From positions 1-23,699 of the forward strand of contig CBDAFS010000005.1 of assembly GCA_965195285.1 (NCBI GenBank): DNA of 23,699 bases, written 5' to 3'. A program made the position numbers and the translations under genes. The stretch's first letter is position 1, and each line of letters starts with the position of its first letter. The stretch comes from an uncultured Aminicenantes bacterium. GTDB taxonomy: Bacteria; Acidobacteriota; Aminicenantia; UBA2199. The notes below the pieces were generated by a model, which made no database searches, was not told the DNA's origin, and was given only the letters and a program-made list of their open reading frames with translations. Of this stretch, positions 15,756 to 23,699 are shown one piece after another.

Positions 15756-17342
15756 TTACTTTTTTGCGCGAAAGGGATTAGTCGGCACCTTTTCTCGCCG
15801 CTTTCGGTGATGTTGAATGGCCCGGCGGTGAACCTCATCCCGGATATTTTGAAACAGGAATTTTTCCGGTGAATCATCCGGAAAAAGTATGGACCGGCCG
15901 TTTTCCAGGAACAGCCGTTCCTCTCGTTTGGCCAGGGAAACAATATCCGACTTTAAACCCAGTCGATGCTTTACCTTTATGGCCGTGTTAAGCTGGGGAA
16001 TACCGCCGTCTATAAGCAGTAAATCCGGGTTTGATTCCCGGGATTTGAAGCGCCTCTCTAGTACTTCTCCAAGCGCTTCGGTGTCACCGGGGCTGGCCTG
16101 GCCTATCAGATAATTGCGGTACAGTGATTTAACCGGTTTCCCTTCTTTAAACACCACCACGGCCCCGACCCGTTCCCTTTCACTCATATGAGATATATCA
16201 AAACCCTCGATATGATTGGGTAAACGGTTTAATTCTAGTAAGCGTTTCAGTCGTTCTGCTATCGAGGGGTATTCATTTTTTTTCTTATATTCATTGAGAT
16301 TTTTTATGGCCAGTTCAAGCAGTTTTTTTTTGTTTCCCCTCAAAGGAACTTTAATATTCACCTTTTTTTGGGCAATTTTGGAAAACAATCGATTCATATA
16401 CCGGGAATCCGCAGGAAGAAACGGCACCACAATTTCAGCCGGGAGGTTGTGATTCTGGTAGTGTGAAACCAGAAAGTTCTTGAGGATACTCGGCTGCCGG
16501 TTTGACAGGTGATTAAAGGAAAAATATTCCCGCTGCCGCACCTTTCCTTGCACAATTGAAAACAAGATCAGCAGGGCTTCATCTCCCCGGTTGTGGAGCG
16601 CCATCACATCGAAATCAACCTTCTGGGGAGAGGATATATAGGATTCCAGATTAAACTCTTTGATTAAACGGATGTCTTCTTTGATTTGCTGGGCCTTTTC
16701 AAATTCCAGCGCCTCGGCTTTCTTTTTCATTTCCTGCTGGAGTTTTTTTAGTACTGCGGACTTATTTCCCTTTAAAAAACGGATTGCATCCCGGGTATTT
16801 TGCTGGTATTCCTGACTGTTTATTTTCCCGATGCAGGGAGCCGAACACCTGTCTATATAATAATAGAGACAGGCTATTTCCTTTTTAAAACCAATATCTG
16901 AACAGGTTCTGAGCTTGAAAATTCGGGTAATCAGATCGATAATCACCTTGGTTTTTTTGGCATCGGCAATGGGACCGATGGACAGGTTGTTTGAATTTAA
17001 CTCCCGGTTAAAGTAGATACCCGGGAAGGCCTCATTGGCAGTGATTTCAATGAAAGGAAATCCCTTGTCATCCTTCAGCCTGATATTGAAGGCGGGCTGA
17101 TAATGATGAATCAGGTTGTATTCAAGGTGCAGGGCATCACTTTCATTGTCGGTGAGTATGTAATCGATTTGATGTGCTTCCCGGAGCAGAGAATTGATGG
17201 AGGCCTGATTTTTTCTCTGAAAGTATTGTTCAATCCTCTTTTTCAGGTTTTTGGCTTTCCCGATGTATAAAACCCGGTCATCTCTGTTTTTAAAAAGGTA
17301 GACACCGCTTTTGTCGGGAAATCCTTTTCTATTTTTGAGCAC
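15756..17342 (-). CDS. uvrC: Excinuclease ABC subunit C, lacking the C-terminal HhH domain
   Basis: GIY-YIG (GVYLF..LYIGKAKNLKKR), Cys cluster (LRTC..CLYYYIDRCSAPC), UVR (AEALEFEKA), RNase H-like (EGFDISH, DLLLIDGG, RDEVHRRA). GTG start overlaps the bamD end. Confidence 0.93.
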   Translation of the reverse strand: MLKNRKGFPDKSGVYLFKNRDDRVLYIGKAKNLKKRIEQYFQRKNQASINSLLREAHQIDYILTDNESDALHLEYNLIHHYQPAFNIRLKDDKGFPFIEITANEAFPGIYFNRELNSNNLSIGPIADAKKTKVIIDLITRIFKLRTCSDIGFKKEIACLYYYIDRCSAPCIGKINSQEYQQNTRDAIRFLKGNKSAVLKKLQQEMKKKAEALEFEKAQQIKEDIRLIKEFNLESYISSPQKVDFDVMALHNRGDEALLILFSIVQGKVRQREYFSFNHLSNRQPSILKNFLVSHYQNHNLPAEIVVPFLPADSRYMNRLFSKIAQKKVNIKVPLRGNKKKLLELAIKNLNEYKKKNEYPSIAERLKRLLELNRLPNHIEGFDISHMSERERVGAVVVFKEGKPVKSLYRNYLIGQASPGDTEALGEVLERRFKSRESNPDLLLIDGGIPQLNTAIKVKHRLGLKSDIVSLAKREERLFLENGRSILFPDDSPEKFLFQNIRDEVHRRAIQHHRKRREKVPTNPFRAKK

Positions 17343-18123
17343 CTTTTTTGGCTTGCATTTTATTGATATCTTTTATCTTTTTCAATGATTTTTTCAGGTA
17401 TTTTGACTTGGGGTAACTGTTCACAACTTTCTGAAAAAATGACAGGGCCGTATCCAGATCGTTGATTTTCATATAACACTTGCCGGTAATGAAGAATAGT
17501 TTATCATTTTTTTCAAAATCCGGGAATTCATTGATGACCTGCTTGAACCGGGCAATGGCGCCCTTGAAGGCCCGATACTTGTAATTGTAATATCCGATCC
17601 GAAAATAGTGGGCGGCCAGGTATTGTCTGGCCTTGGCGATCTTTTTCTTTGCGTCTTCGGCTTCCTGAGTGTCCGGGTATTGTTTGATCAGGTTTTGGTA
17701 GGCCTTAATGGTGCCATAGGTATTGGTTTGGTCTCTCCCGGGCTTTTTCATCTGCTTGAAGTAACACATTCCGATCTGGGACACGGCATAGACCGCATCG
17801 GGTGAATTGGGAAACATGTTGACAAATTCCTGATATTCAGCTGCAGCCATAATCAGGGAAGCGGCGTCTTTGGCTTTAAAATAGGAATCTCCGATGGCCA
17901 CTTTTGATTTTTTGGCATAAATACTGGTCGGGTAAAGTTGCATGATCTCTTTAAAAAGCAGCCGGGCTTTGTCCGGATCTTTCCGGATATATTTTCTGGC
18001 TTTCTCATACATTTCCTTGTCTGAACCCATTTCCTGGGGAGTTAATTCCACGGTTTTCTTGGATTCGCATCCGATCATGAATATAATGATGATAATCAGC
18101 AGGGTGTAAATAATTCTTTTCAT
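17329..18123 (-). CDS. bamD: Outer membrane protein assembly factor BamD
   Basis: Lipobox MIGC; TPRs; YQEFVNMFPNSP, RDQTNT, LIKQYPDT, LAAHYFRIGYY, AIARFKQVINEFPD. Confidence 0.92.
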   Translation of the reverse strand: MKRIIYTLLIIIIIFMIGCESKKTVELTPQEMGSDKEMYEKARKYIRKDPDKARLLFKEIMQLYPTSIYAKKSKVAIGDSYFKAKDAASLIMAAAEYQEFVNMFPNSPDAVYAVSQIGMCYFKQMKKPGRDQTNTYGTIKAYQNLIKQYPDTQEAEDAKKKIAKARQYLAAHYFRIGYYNYKYRAFKGAIARFKQVINEFPDFEKNDKLFFITGKCYMKINDLDTALSFFQKVVNSYPKSKYLKKSLKKIKDINKMQAKKGAQK

Positions 18124-18124
18124 A

Positions 18125-18784
18125 TTACGCTCCGTTTATTTTTTTTAATATCATGTCTACTGTATCTTGGATTCGGGGTGAATTGTATAGAAATGTTCCC
18201 ACCACAAAGAGATCGGCTCCTGCTTTCTTCAATTCGCCGATATTGGTGTCATTGATCCCTCCATCCACCTGAATCAGGCATTGGCTGCCTGATTGATCAA
18301 TTTGATCTCTCAACTTTTTGACCTTATCCAGGGTGGATTTGATGAATTTTTGCCCTCCGTAGCCCGGGAATACGCTCATCAGCAGAACATAATCAATTCG
18401 CTCCAGGAAGGGAAAAACAGCCTCTATCCGGGTATCCGGATTCACCACCAGGCCGGCATTCCGATTGTGTGCTTTTATGGTTTTGATGTTTTCTTGAATA
18501 TGGTTCTTGATCTCCACATGAAAAGATATCCAGTCGGATCCGGATTCAATATATTTGGGTATCATTTTATCGGCATTACTGACCATCAGGTGGGAGTCAA
18601 ATTTGAAATTGAATTTGGATCTTATGGCCGGAATGGTGGCCGGGCCGAATGAAATATTGTCCACAAAATGACCGTCCATGACATCGAGATGAATAAAATC
18701 TATATGATTGGACGCAAATTCGCTTAAACGTGATTCAAGGTCAAAAAATTTTGTTGAGAGTATTGAAGGGAATATAGGATTCAT
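18125..18784 (-). CDS. rpe: Ribulose-phosphate 3-epimerase
   Basis: PSILS, HLDVMDGHFVDN, DSHLMV, LMSVFPGYGGQKF, IQVDGGI. Confidence 0.97.
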   Translation of the reverse strand: MNPIFPSILSTKFFDLESRLSEFASNHIDFIHLDVMDGHFVDNISFGPATIPAIRSKFNFKFDSHLMVSNADKMIPKYIESGSDWISFHVEIKNHIQENIKTIKAHNRNAGLVVNPDTRIEAVFPFLERIDYVLLMSVFPGYGGQKFIKSTLDKVKKLRDQIDQSGSQCLIQVDGGINDTNIGELKKAGADLFVVGTFLYNSPRIQDTVDMILKKINGA

Positions 18785-19503
18785 TCGCTTATCTGGAGAC
18801 TGATCAGGTTTTTGGGATTTATCCGGAATCCCGGTGAAGGAAATTGTTTCACCACTATTCCCGGTTCAATATAGCTGTAGGGAACCCGGGTGATTTTGGA
18901 TATTTTGAATCCCTTGCTCTCAAAGAAATACACAACTTGACTGGCCTCCTGACCGATAATAAACGGCATAATAAAGGAACGGTCCCGGACTCCCTTACTA
19001 ACCAGGATATCCAGGGTGGTTCCAATGGGCACGGTGGAACCGGGTGGATATGATTGAGATATGATGTGATCCGCCGGGATTTCATCGGAATTGATATAGG
19101 AGGCGAAACGTTTTTTTAGATTGCTTTTGGTTAAAATTTTTTCACACTCCTTCAGGTTCTTTCTGGACAAATCCGGAATGATTACCTCGGTCAATTCCGC
19201 AGTCACATAAATTTTGATAAATGATTTTTCCTTTACCAGGGTATTGGGAGCGGGAAACTGATCGATTATGGTCAATGGCTTATAATTTTTATCAAAATTG
19301 ATAATCTCCTTTTTCAGGTAAATCCCGCGGGAAGATGTGATCTGGTAGGCTTCCTTGAGTGTTTTTCCGATTAGTTTGGGTGCCCGGATCTCCTCACCTT
19401 TGATCAAAACACTCATGGTCAGGAAGATCGAGGCAATGAGCACCAGAAAGTAGAAGGCAACCAGGCCCATAATCCTGGAAAGTAAAAGGAATTTCTTTTT
19501 CAT
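18781..19503 (-). CDS. Membrane-anchored protein with three PASTA domains
   Basis: N-terminal TM, then repeats APKLIGKT..IIDQFPAP, IPDLSRKN..IISQSYPPG, MPFIIGQ..VVKQFPSPG. ATG 19503 follows GAGGG (ORF track GTG at 19521). ATGA overlap with rpe. Confidence 0.88.
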   Translation of the reverse strand: MKKKFLLLSRIMGLVAFYFLVLIASIFLTMSVLIKGEEIRAPKLIGKTLKEAYQITSSRGIYLKKEIINFDKNYKPLTIIDQFPAPNTLVKEKSFIKIYVTAELTEVIIPDLSRKNLKECEKILTKSNLKKRFASYINSDEIPADHIISQSYPPGSTVPIGTTLDILVSKGVRDRSFIMPFIIGQEASQVVYFFESKGFKISKITRVPYSYIEPGIVVKQFPSPGFRINPKNLISLQISE

Positions 19504-19549
19504 ACCCTCTATTTTTACCACAGTTATCAGCTTATTTCAATAAAGAAGA

Positions 19550-19624
19550 GGCCCATCTTTTCGAGGATGGATGGCCGGAATCGGGGCCCCCGGAGTGAGA
19601 AAGCCGCTGACAGGGGGCATTTTT
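19550..19624. other. GC-rich double-hairpin element in divergent intergenic region
   Basis: CCATCTT-TTCG-AGGATGG (19553-19570) and GCCCCC...GGGGGC (19586-19618) followed by ATTTTT. Confidence 0.4.
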
Positions 19625-19627
19625 AGA

Positions 19628-19658
19628 TTGATATTATGGGGAAAATATATTATATAAA
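19628..19658 (+). promoter_or_regulatory. Putative promoter of rel
   Basis: TTGATA-N17-TATATA (19651-19656), ending about 9 nt before ATG 19666; no clear SD. Confidence 0.45.
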
Positions 19659-19665
19659 TTAGAGA

Positions 19666-21813
19666 ATGATAAAACGATTCTTTGAACTTCAGGAAAAGGT
19701 TTTAAACTACTTCCCGGATGCCGATACTGAATTATTGAAAAAAGCCTATTCCATCGCTGCAGAGGCTCATCTGAATCAGAGGAGAGCCACCAATGAGCCC
19801 TATATTTCCCATCCCTTGTCCGTAGCCGGTATTCTGGCCGATATGAAAATGGATGAAATTTCTATTGCCGCGGCATTGCTGCATGATATTGTTGAAGATA
19901 CCCGTTATTCAATTAAAGAGATTACCGACATATTTGGAAAAGAGATCAGTGATATTGTCTGGGGTGTGACCAAAATCTCCAAAATCTCCGATATCGATGC
20001 CGAGGATGCCAGGGCTGAAACCCTGAAGAAGATGATTATCGCTATGACCAGTGATGTGAGGGTGATATTGATCAAACTGGCCGACCGGCTCCACAACATC
20101 CGCACCCTGGATGCCCTGAGTGATGACCGAAAAAAGAGAATTGCCGATGAAACCCTGGAAATCTATGCCCCCATCGCCTACCGGTTAGGAATGGGAAAGA
20201 TTAAAGATGAACTGGAAAATGTAGCCTTTATGTATGCCCATCAAGAGGAGTATGTCAAAATCAATAAAGAGGTGGGTGATAAAAAGGAATGGGCCATTGC
20301 CCAGATAGAAAGTTTAAAAAAAGAAGTTGAGGGGATCCTGGCCAAATATAAAATTCCAGGTGAAATTCGCTACCGGATCAAACGGGAAGTGTCCATTTAT
20401 CGAAAAATCGAACGACAAAATATCAGCCTGGACAAGGTCTATGATCTCCTGGCCCTGAGGATTATCACTGACTCAGTGGAAAATTGCTATGCCATCATGG
20501 GCGATATTCATCAGCGTTACCAGCATATCCCGTCCCGCTGGCGGGATTTTATCGCCAACCCCAAGATCAACGGATATCAGTCCATTCATACTACCATCAT
20601 CACCCCGGAGGGAGTCATTGCAGAGGTTCAAATCCGGACCCGAGAGATGCACGAAGTGGCCGAAGAGGGGATCGCCGCCCACTGGTCTTATAAAGAGGGA
20701 ATATCCTTTCTGGAAAATGACCAGCGTTTACACTGGTTCAGGGATTTGATTGAAACCCATAAAAGCAATCCCAATCCCCGTGATTTTCTGTCATTGGTCA
20801 AGCAGGACCTGACCCCGGATGAGGTGTATGTGTTTACCCCCAAGGGCAGGGTAATCAACCTGAAAGCTGGATCCACTCCGATTGATTTTGCCTATGCCAT
20901 CCACACCGAAGTGGGGAATCAATGCAAGGGCTCTATTGTCAATGAAAAACTGGTCCCGTTGAAAACCGAACTAATGTCCGGGGATGTGGTGGAAATTCTA
21001 ACCGCCAAAAATATATCTCCCAGCCCCGACTGGCTGAAATTTGTGGTGACCAGTCGGGCCCGTAAAAAAATAGCCGGTTACTTTCTGGGCAAGGAAAACC
21101 TGTTGAATGTAGATAAGGGTAAACGGCTGTGGTCCAGAGTACTCAGGGATTTTAAAAAGAAATACAAATTAAAAATCAATGAAGGCGAATTAAATGAGAG
21201 AATTGCCAAGCTGCATTACCCTGATATGGAATCTTTTTACCGGGATATCGGATCCAACAAGCGTTTGCTGGATCGGAAAATCCTGAAGTTCATTTTTCCC
21301 TCCATCAGCACCGGTGAACTGGAACCGGAACGGAAAATTCCAAAAAAAATCGCTCAAATGTACAAGCTGGTCAGCGTGGAGGGTTACCAGGATATTGATA
21401 TAGTCTTTGCCAAATGCTGTTCTCCCATCAAGGGTGATCAAATTGTGGGCTATGTCACCCAGAACCGGGGCCTGGTCATTCACAAGCAGAATTGCACCAA
21501 TGTCAAAAATGGACTACCTAGCCGGCTGAAAAGAGTGGAATGGAACGTCAATGAAGATTACTCTTATATTGTCAAATATGACATTATCGTTCAGGACCGG
21601 CCCGGGATCTTGAGTGCCATTTCCAGTATTAATGCCGAATTTGACTCCAATATTAAACGGATAGAGAATGAAAATATCAGCCAGAACATGAGCAGAATAA
21701 AAATTGCCTTCGAAGTGACCGATGTCGCTCAGATGCATAAGATCGCCAAGGAATACAAGAAAATCAAGGATGTATTCTCGGCCGTTCGGAAACGGATTTC
21801 GGAAAAACAATAA
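19666..21813 (+). CDS. rel: Long bifunctional RelA/SpoT homolog, (p)ppGpp synthetase/hydrolase
   Basis: HD domain (EPYISHP, LLHDIVEDT, KLADRLHN), synthetase (DLLALR, NGYQSIHT, EVQIRT, GIAAHW), TGS (VFTPKG, DFAYAIHTEVG), ZFD (AKCCSP..H..NC), ACT (DRPGILS). Confidence 0.96.
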   Translation: MIKRFFELQEKVLNYFPDADTELLKKAYSIAAEAHLNQRRATNEPYISHPLSVAGILADMKMDEISIAAALLHDIVEDTRYSIKEITDIFGKEISDIVWGVTKISKISDIDAEDARAETLKKMIIAMTSDVRVILIKLADRLHNIRTLDALSDDRKKRIADETLEIYAPIAYRLGMGKIKDELENVAFMYAHQEEYVKINKEVGDKKEWAIAQIESLKKEVEGILAKYKIPGEIRYRIKREVSIYRKIERQNISLDKVYDLLALRIITDSVENCYAIMGDIHQRYQHIPSRWRDFIANPKINGYQSIHTTIITPEGVIAEVQIRTREMHEVAEEGIAAHWSYKEGISFLENDQRLHWFRDLIETHKSNPNPRDFLSLVKQDLTPDEVYVFTPKGRVINLKAGSTPIDFAYAIHTEVGNQCKGSIVNEKLVPLKTELMSGDVVEILTAKNISPSPDWLKFVVTSRARKKIAGYFLGKENLLNVDKGKRLWSRVLRDFKKKYKLKINEGELNERIAKLHYPDMESFYRDIGSNKRLLDRKILKFIFPSISTGELEPERKIPKKIAQMYKLVSVEGYQDIDIVFAKCCSPIKGDQIVGYVTQNRGLVIHKQNCTNVKNGLPSRLKRVEWNVNEDYSYIVKYDIIVQDRPGILSAISSINAEFDSNIKRIENENISQNMSRIKIAFEVTDVAQMHKIAKEYKKIKDVFSAVRKRISEKQ

Positions 21814-21823
21814 GGAGATGTCT

Positions 21824-22951
21824 ATGAAAGCATTTCAACCTTTTGTCATGGAACGCATGATGTCAAAATTTGAAAAGGATGTCACTTTCAACCTGTCAGA
21901 AAGCGGGGTTCATCCCCTGCTGCTGAGTGAATTGCTGGAAATGGCGCCTGGCAAACTGGATGAGCTCCTGAAAACGGAATTGAATTACCCCCATGCCAAT
22001 GGGATTCCCGAACTGCGCCGGAATATTGCCCGGCTCTACCCCGAGGCTGAATCTTCTCAGGTACTGGTAACGGTCGGAGCCATCGAGGCCAATTATATTA
22101 CCCTTCAGACCCTGCTGTCGCCCGGGAATGAAATTGTGGTCATGCTGCCCAACTATATGCAGATCTGGGGCATTGCCAAAAACCATGATTTTCACCTGAA
22201 AACCTTCCGGCTGCTGGAGGAAAAGGGCTGGGCCCCGGACCTGGAAACCCTGGGATCGGTGGTAACGCCTCAAACCAAATTGATAGCGGTTTGTAACCCG
22301 GACAACCCCACCGGCCGTACCTTGACCGAAACCGAAATGGATGGCATTATTACCTGTGCCAAATCGGTAGGGGCCTGGATTCTGGCCGATGAAGTGTATC
22401 GAGGTGCTGACCGGGTGTCTGATGTGGAAAACACATCTTTTTACGGCAGATACGATAAGGTGATTGCGGTGGGGAGCATGAGCAAGGCTTACGGGCTTCC
22501 CGGCCTTCGGATTGGCTGGGCCATAGGTCCGGAGGACATCATTGATAAACTCTGGGCCCGGCACGAATACCTGGCCATCAGTACCACCATGCTCTCCAAC
22601 CAGCTGGCAGCCCTGGCCCTGTCTCCCGAGATCAGGCCCCTGTTGTTGAAACGGACCCGTGGTTTTATCCGCCGGGGATATCCTATTCTCGAACAATGGG
22701 TGCAAGCCTACCAGGGGCGCATCCGGATGCGGCCTCCGGATGCGGCGGCTATTGCTTTTGTGGGGTATGATTTTGATGTCAACTCCAGTGAATTTACCGA
22801 CCGTCTGCGCCGGGAGAAAAGTGTATTGATTGTGCCCGGAGATCATTTTGGCATGGATCATTTTATTCGAATCAGTTTTGGCCTGCCCGAGGATTACCTG
22901 GTTCCGGCCCTGGAGCGCATCCGGGAATTGATTGCGGAAATGGATAAATGA
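21824..22951 (+). CDS. Class I/II PLP-dependent aminotransferase
   Basis: NLSESG, CNPDNPTG, ADEVY, GSMSKAYGLPGLRIGW, FIRISFG. Start placed at ATG 21824, 6 nt after SD AAGGAG (ORF-track start 21722 would overlap rel). Confidence 0.92.
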   Translation: MKAFQPFVMERMMSKFEKDVTFNLSESGVHPLLLSELLEMAPGKLDELLKTELNYPHANGIPELRRNIARLYPEAESSQVLVTVGAIEANYITLQTLLSPGNEIVVMLPNYMQIWGIAKNHDFHLKTFRLLEEKGWAPDLETLGSVVTPQTKLIAVCNPDNPTGRTLTETEMDGIITCAKSVGAWILADEVYRGADRVSDVENTSFYGRYDKVIAVGSMSKAYGLPGLRIGWAIGPEDIIDKLWARHEYLAISTTMLSNQLAALALSPEIRPLLLKRTRGFIRRGYPILEQWVQAYQGRIRMRPPDAAAIAFVGYDFDVNSSEFTDRLRREKSVLIVPGDHFGMDHFIRISFGLPEDYLVPALERIRELIAEMDK

Positions 22952-22957
22952 GAAGAG

Positions 22958-22986
22958 TTGATTATCAATTTGATTTTGATTAAAAT
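22958..22986 (+). promoter_or_regulatory. sigma70-type promoter for the zinc-finger miniprotein gene
   Basis: TTGATT-N17-TAAAAT; the -35 overlaps the palindrome TTGAT-T-ATCAA (22958-22968). Confidence 0.5.
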
Positions 22987-23018
22987 GAAAGGGTTAATAT
23001 GAAAATAATGAGGGTACA

Positions 23019-23207
23019 ATGAGTCCAAAATGTTATGCCTGCGGAGGGTTCGGGAAAAAAGACTGCCAGGTGTGTGCAGGAACCGGAAAAATCTCCAGAA
23101 AGAGTAGTGCCGAAGGCCAGAAAAGCAAAAAAAAGCTGATCTGCACCGCCTGCCGGGGAACCGGCCAGGTCAGCTGCAGTGTCTGCGGTGGAAGTGGCAG
23201 AAGATAA
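23019..23207 (+). CDS. Stand-alone DnaJ-type cysteine-rich zinc-finger miniprotein (62 aa)
   Basis: Four CxxCxGxG motifs: CYACGGFG, CQVCAGTG, CTACRGTG, CSVCGGSG; SD GAGGG upstream. Confidence 0.85.
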   Translation: MSPKCYACGGFGKKDCQVCAGTGKISRKSSAEGQKSKKKLICTACRGTGQVSCSVCGGSGRR

Positions 23208-23225
23208 GAAAAAGTTCAAACTGAG

Positions 23226-23488
23226 ATGTTGTCTATTGAGGAAGTACTGGAGCAATTAAAGGCTAAAGGCAGACCTGATCAGCTTGAAGGTATGTCCCGG
23301 TTTGGGATAGTGGGAGAGAAACGCCTGGGTGTTTCCATTCCGGATTTGAGAAGGCTGCCCGCTGGGTTGCCTCGGATGCCATCCGTGAACTGGAAAGCGA
23401 AGCCGTGCAGAAGAGGTTACAAAAAAAGGATTTGAATCATAAAACCCTGAAAAAGATTAACCATGAAAATTCTGGGAGACCGGGTTGA
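23226..23488 (+). pseudogene. AlkD-like DNA alkylation repair protein, internally deleted and frameshifted
   Basis: First frame gives the family N-terminus (LEGMSRFGI..RLGVSIPDLRRL). From 23351 a different frame reads KAARWVASDAIRELESEAVQKRL... to TGA 23486-23488, the typical family C-terminus. The middle is absent. Confidence 0.8.
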
Positions 23489-23699
23489 ATTGAGGTCGGC
23501 CCGGAAAAGCTGGAAAATAGCCGGATTTCCATCTACGGCGGAGACTGGTTGTGATGGAATTTTTTTGTAAAATAGCCTGCTATTTTGGATTTCACAAACG
23601 TGATGAGAATTGTTATTGCAAAAATTGTGGGAAAATTGTCCACAAATTAAGGACTATACAAAGATGGGAAGGAACTGGAATTTTTGAAACATCCCAGGA

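Noticed and set aside
19550-19624. Identification as a ppGpp (ykkC-type) riboswitch, c-di-GMP riboswitch, SRP RNA or tRNA
   Set aside because: The conserved cores of those families are not recognisable; kept only as an unassigned structured element.
21722-21823. N-terminal extension of the aminotransferase in the ORF track
   Set aside because: Would overlap rel by about 90 nt; a good SD supports ATG 21824.
21896-22861. 321-aa antisense ORF opposite the aminotransferase
   Set aside because: Fully inside a well-supported gene, with no recognisable motifs; consistent with a codon-bias shadow ORF.
22958-22968. FNR box
   Set aside because: Half-sites TTGAT/ATCAA are 1 nt apart, not the required 4.
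23351-23357. Programmed ribosomal frameshift in the AlkD-like gene
   Set aside because: No slippery heptamer at the junction, and a fused product would still lack the central region; deletion explains it better.
23625-23645. Rex or CRP operator
   Set aside because: TTGTG and CACAA are 11 nt apart, which fits neither consensus spacing.
1-23699. CRISPR arrays, IS/transposases, integrases, defence systems, rRNA/tRNA
   Set aside because: No spaced direct repeats, terminal inverted repeats or matching protein motifs seen; intergenic regions are short.

Overview
Bacterial chromosomal window, mostly housekeeping and amino-acid uptake/catabolism genes from a diderm (BamD, secretin, beta-barrel OMP). 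The PASTA-rpe-bamD order and protein style suggest Acidobacteriota/Aminicenantia, which is inference. Left end (minus strand, AT-richer by eye): a two-Ig-domain lipoprotein, a TPR-secretin and the start of an exported protein. Then rocD, a PseG-like gene, coaE and a J-like/TPR gene; a small OMP; three adjacent transporters of different families associated with acidic amino acids (TAXI-TRAP, DAACS, GltS), with GltS tightly coupled to an exported M14 peptidase; a PASTA-rpe-bamD-uvrC run; and, divergently, rel and a class I/II aminotransferase. The right end has a stand-alone DnaJ-type zinc-finger miniprotein and an AlkD-family gene broken by an internal deletion at a 7-bp junction. No rRNA, tRNA, CRISPR or transposase seen. 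Best novelty candidates: the secretin/Ig-lipoprotein/exported-protein module, the peptidase plus triple-transporter cluster, several domain-loss variants (HhH-less UvrC, His-less PseG-like, HPD-less J-like domain) and a small structured GC-rich element upstream of rel. All family calls come from motif recognition, not database searches.
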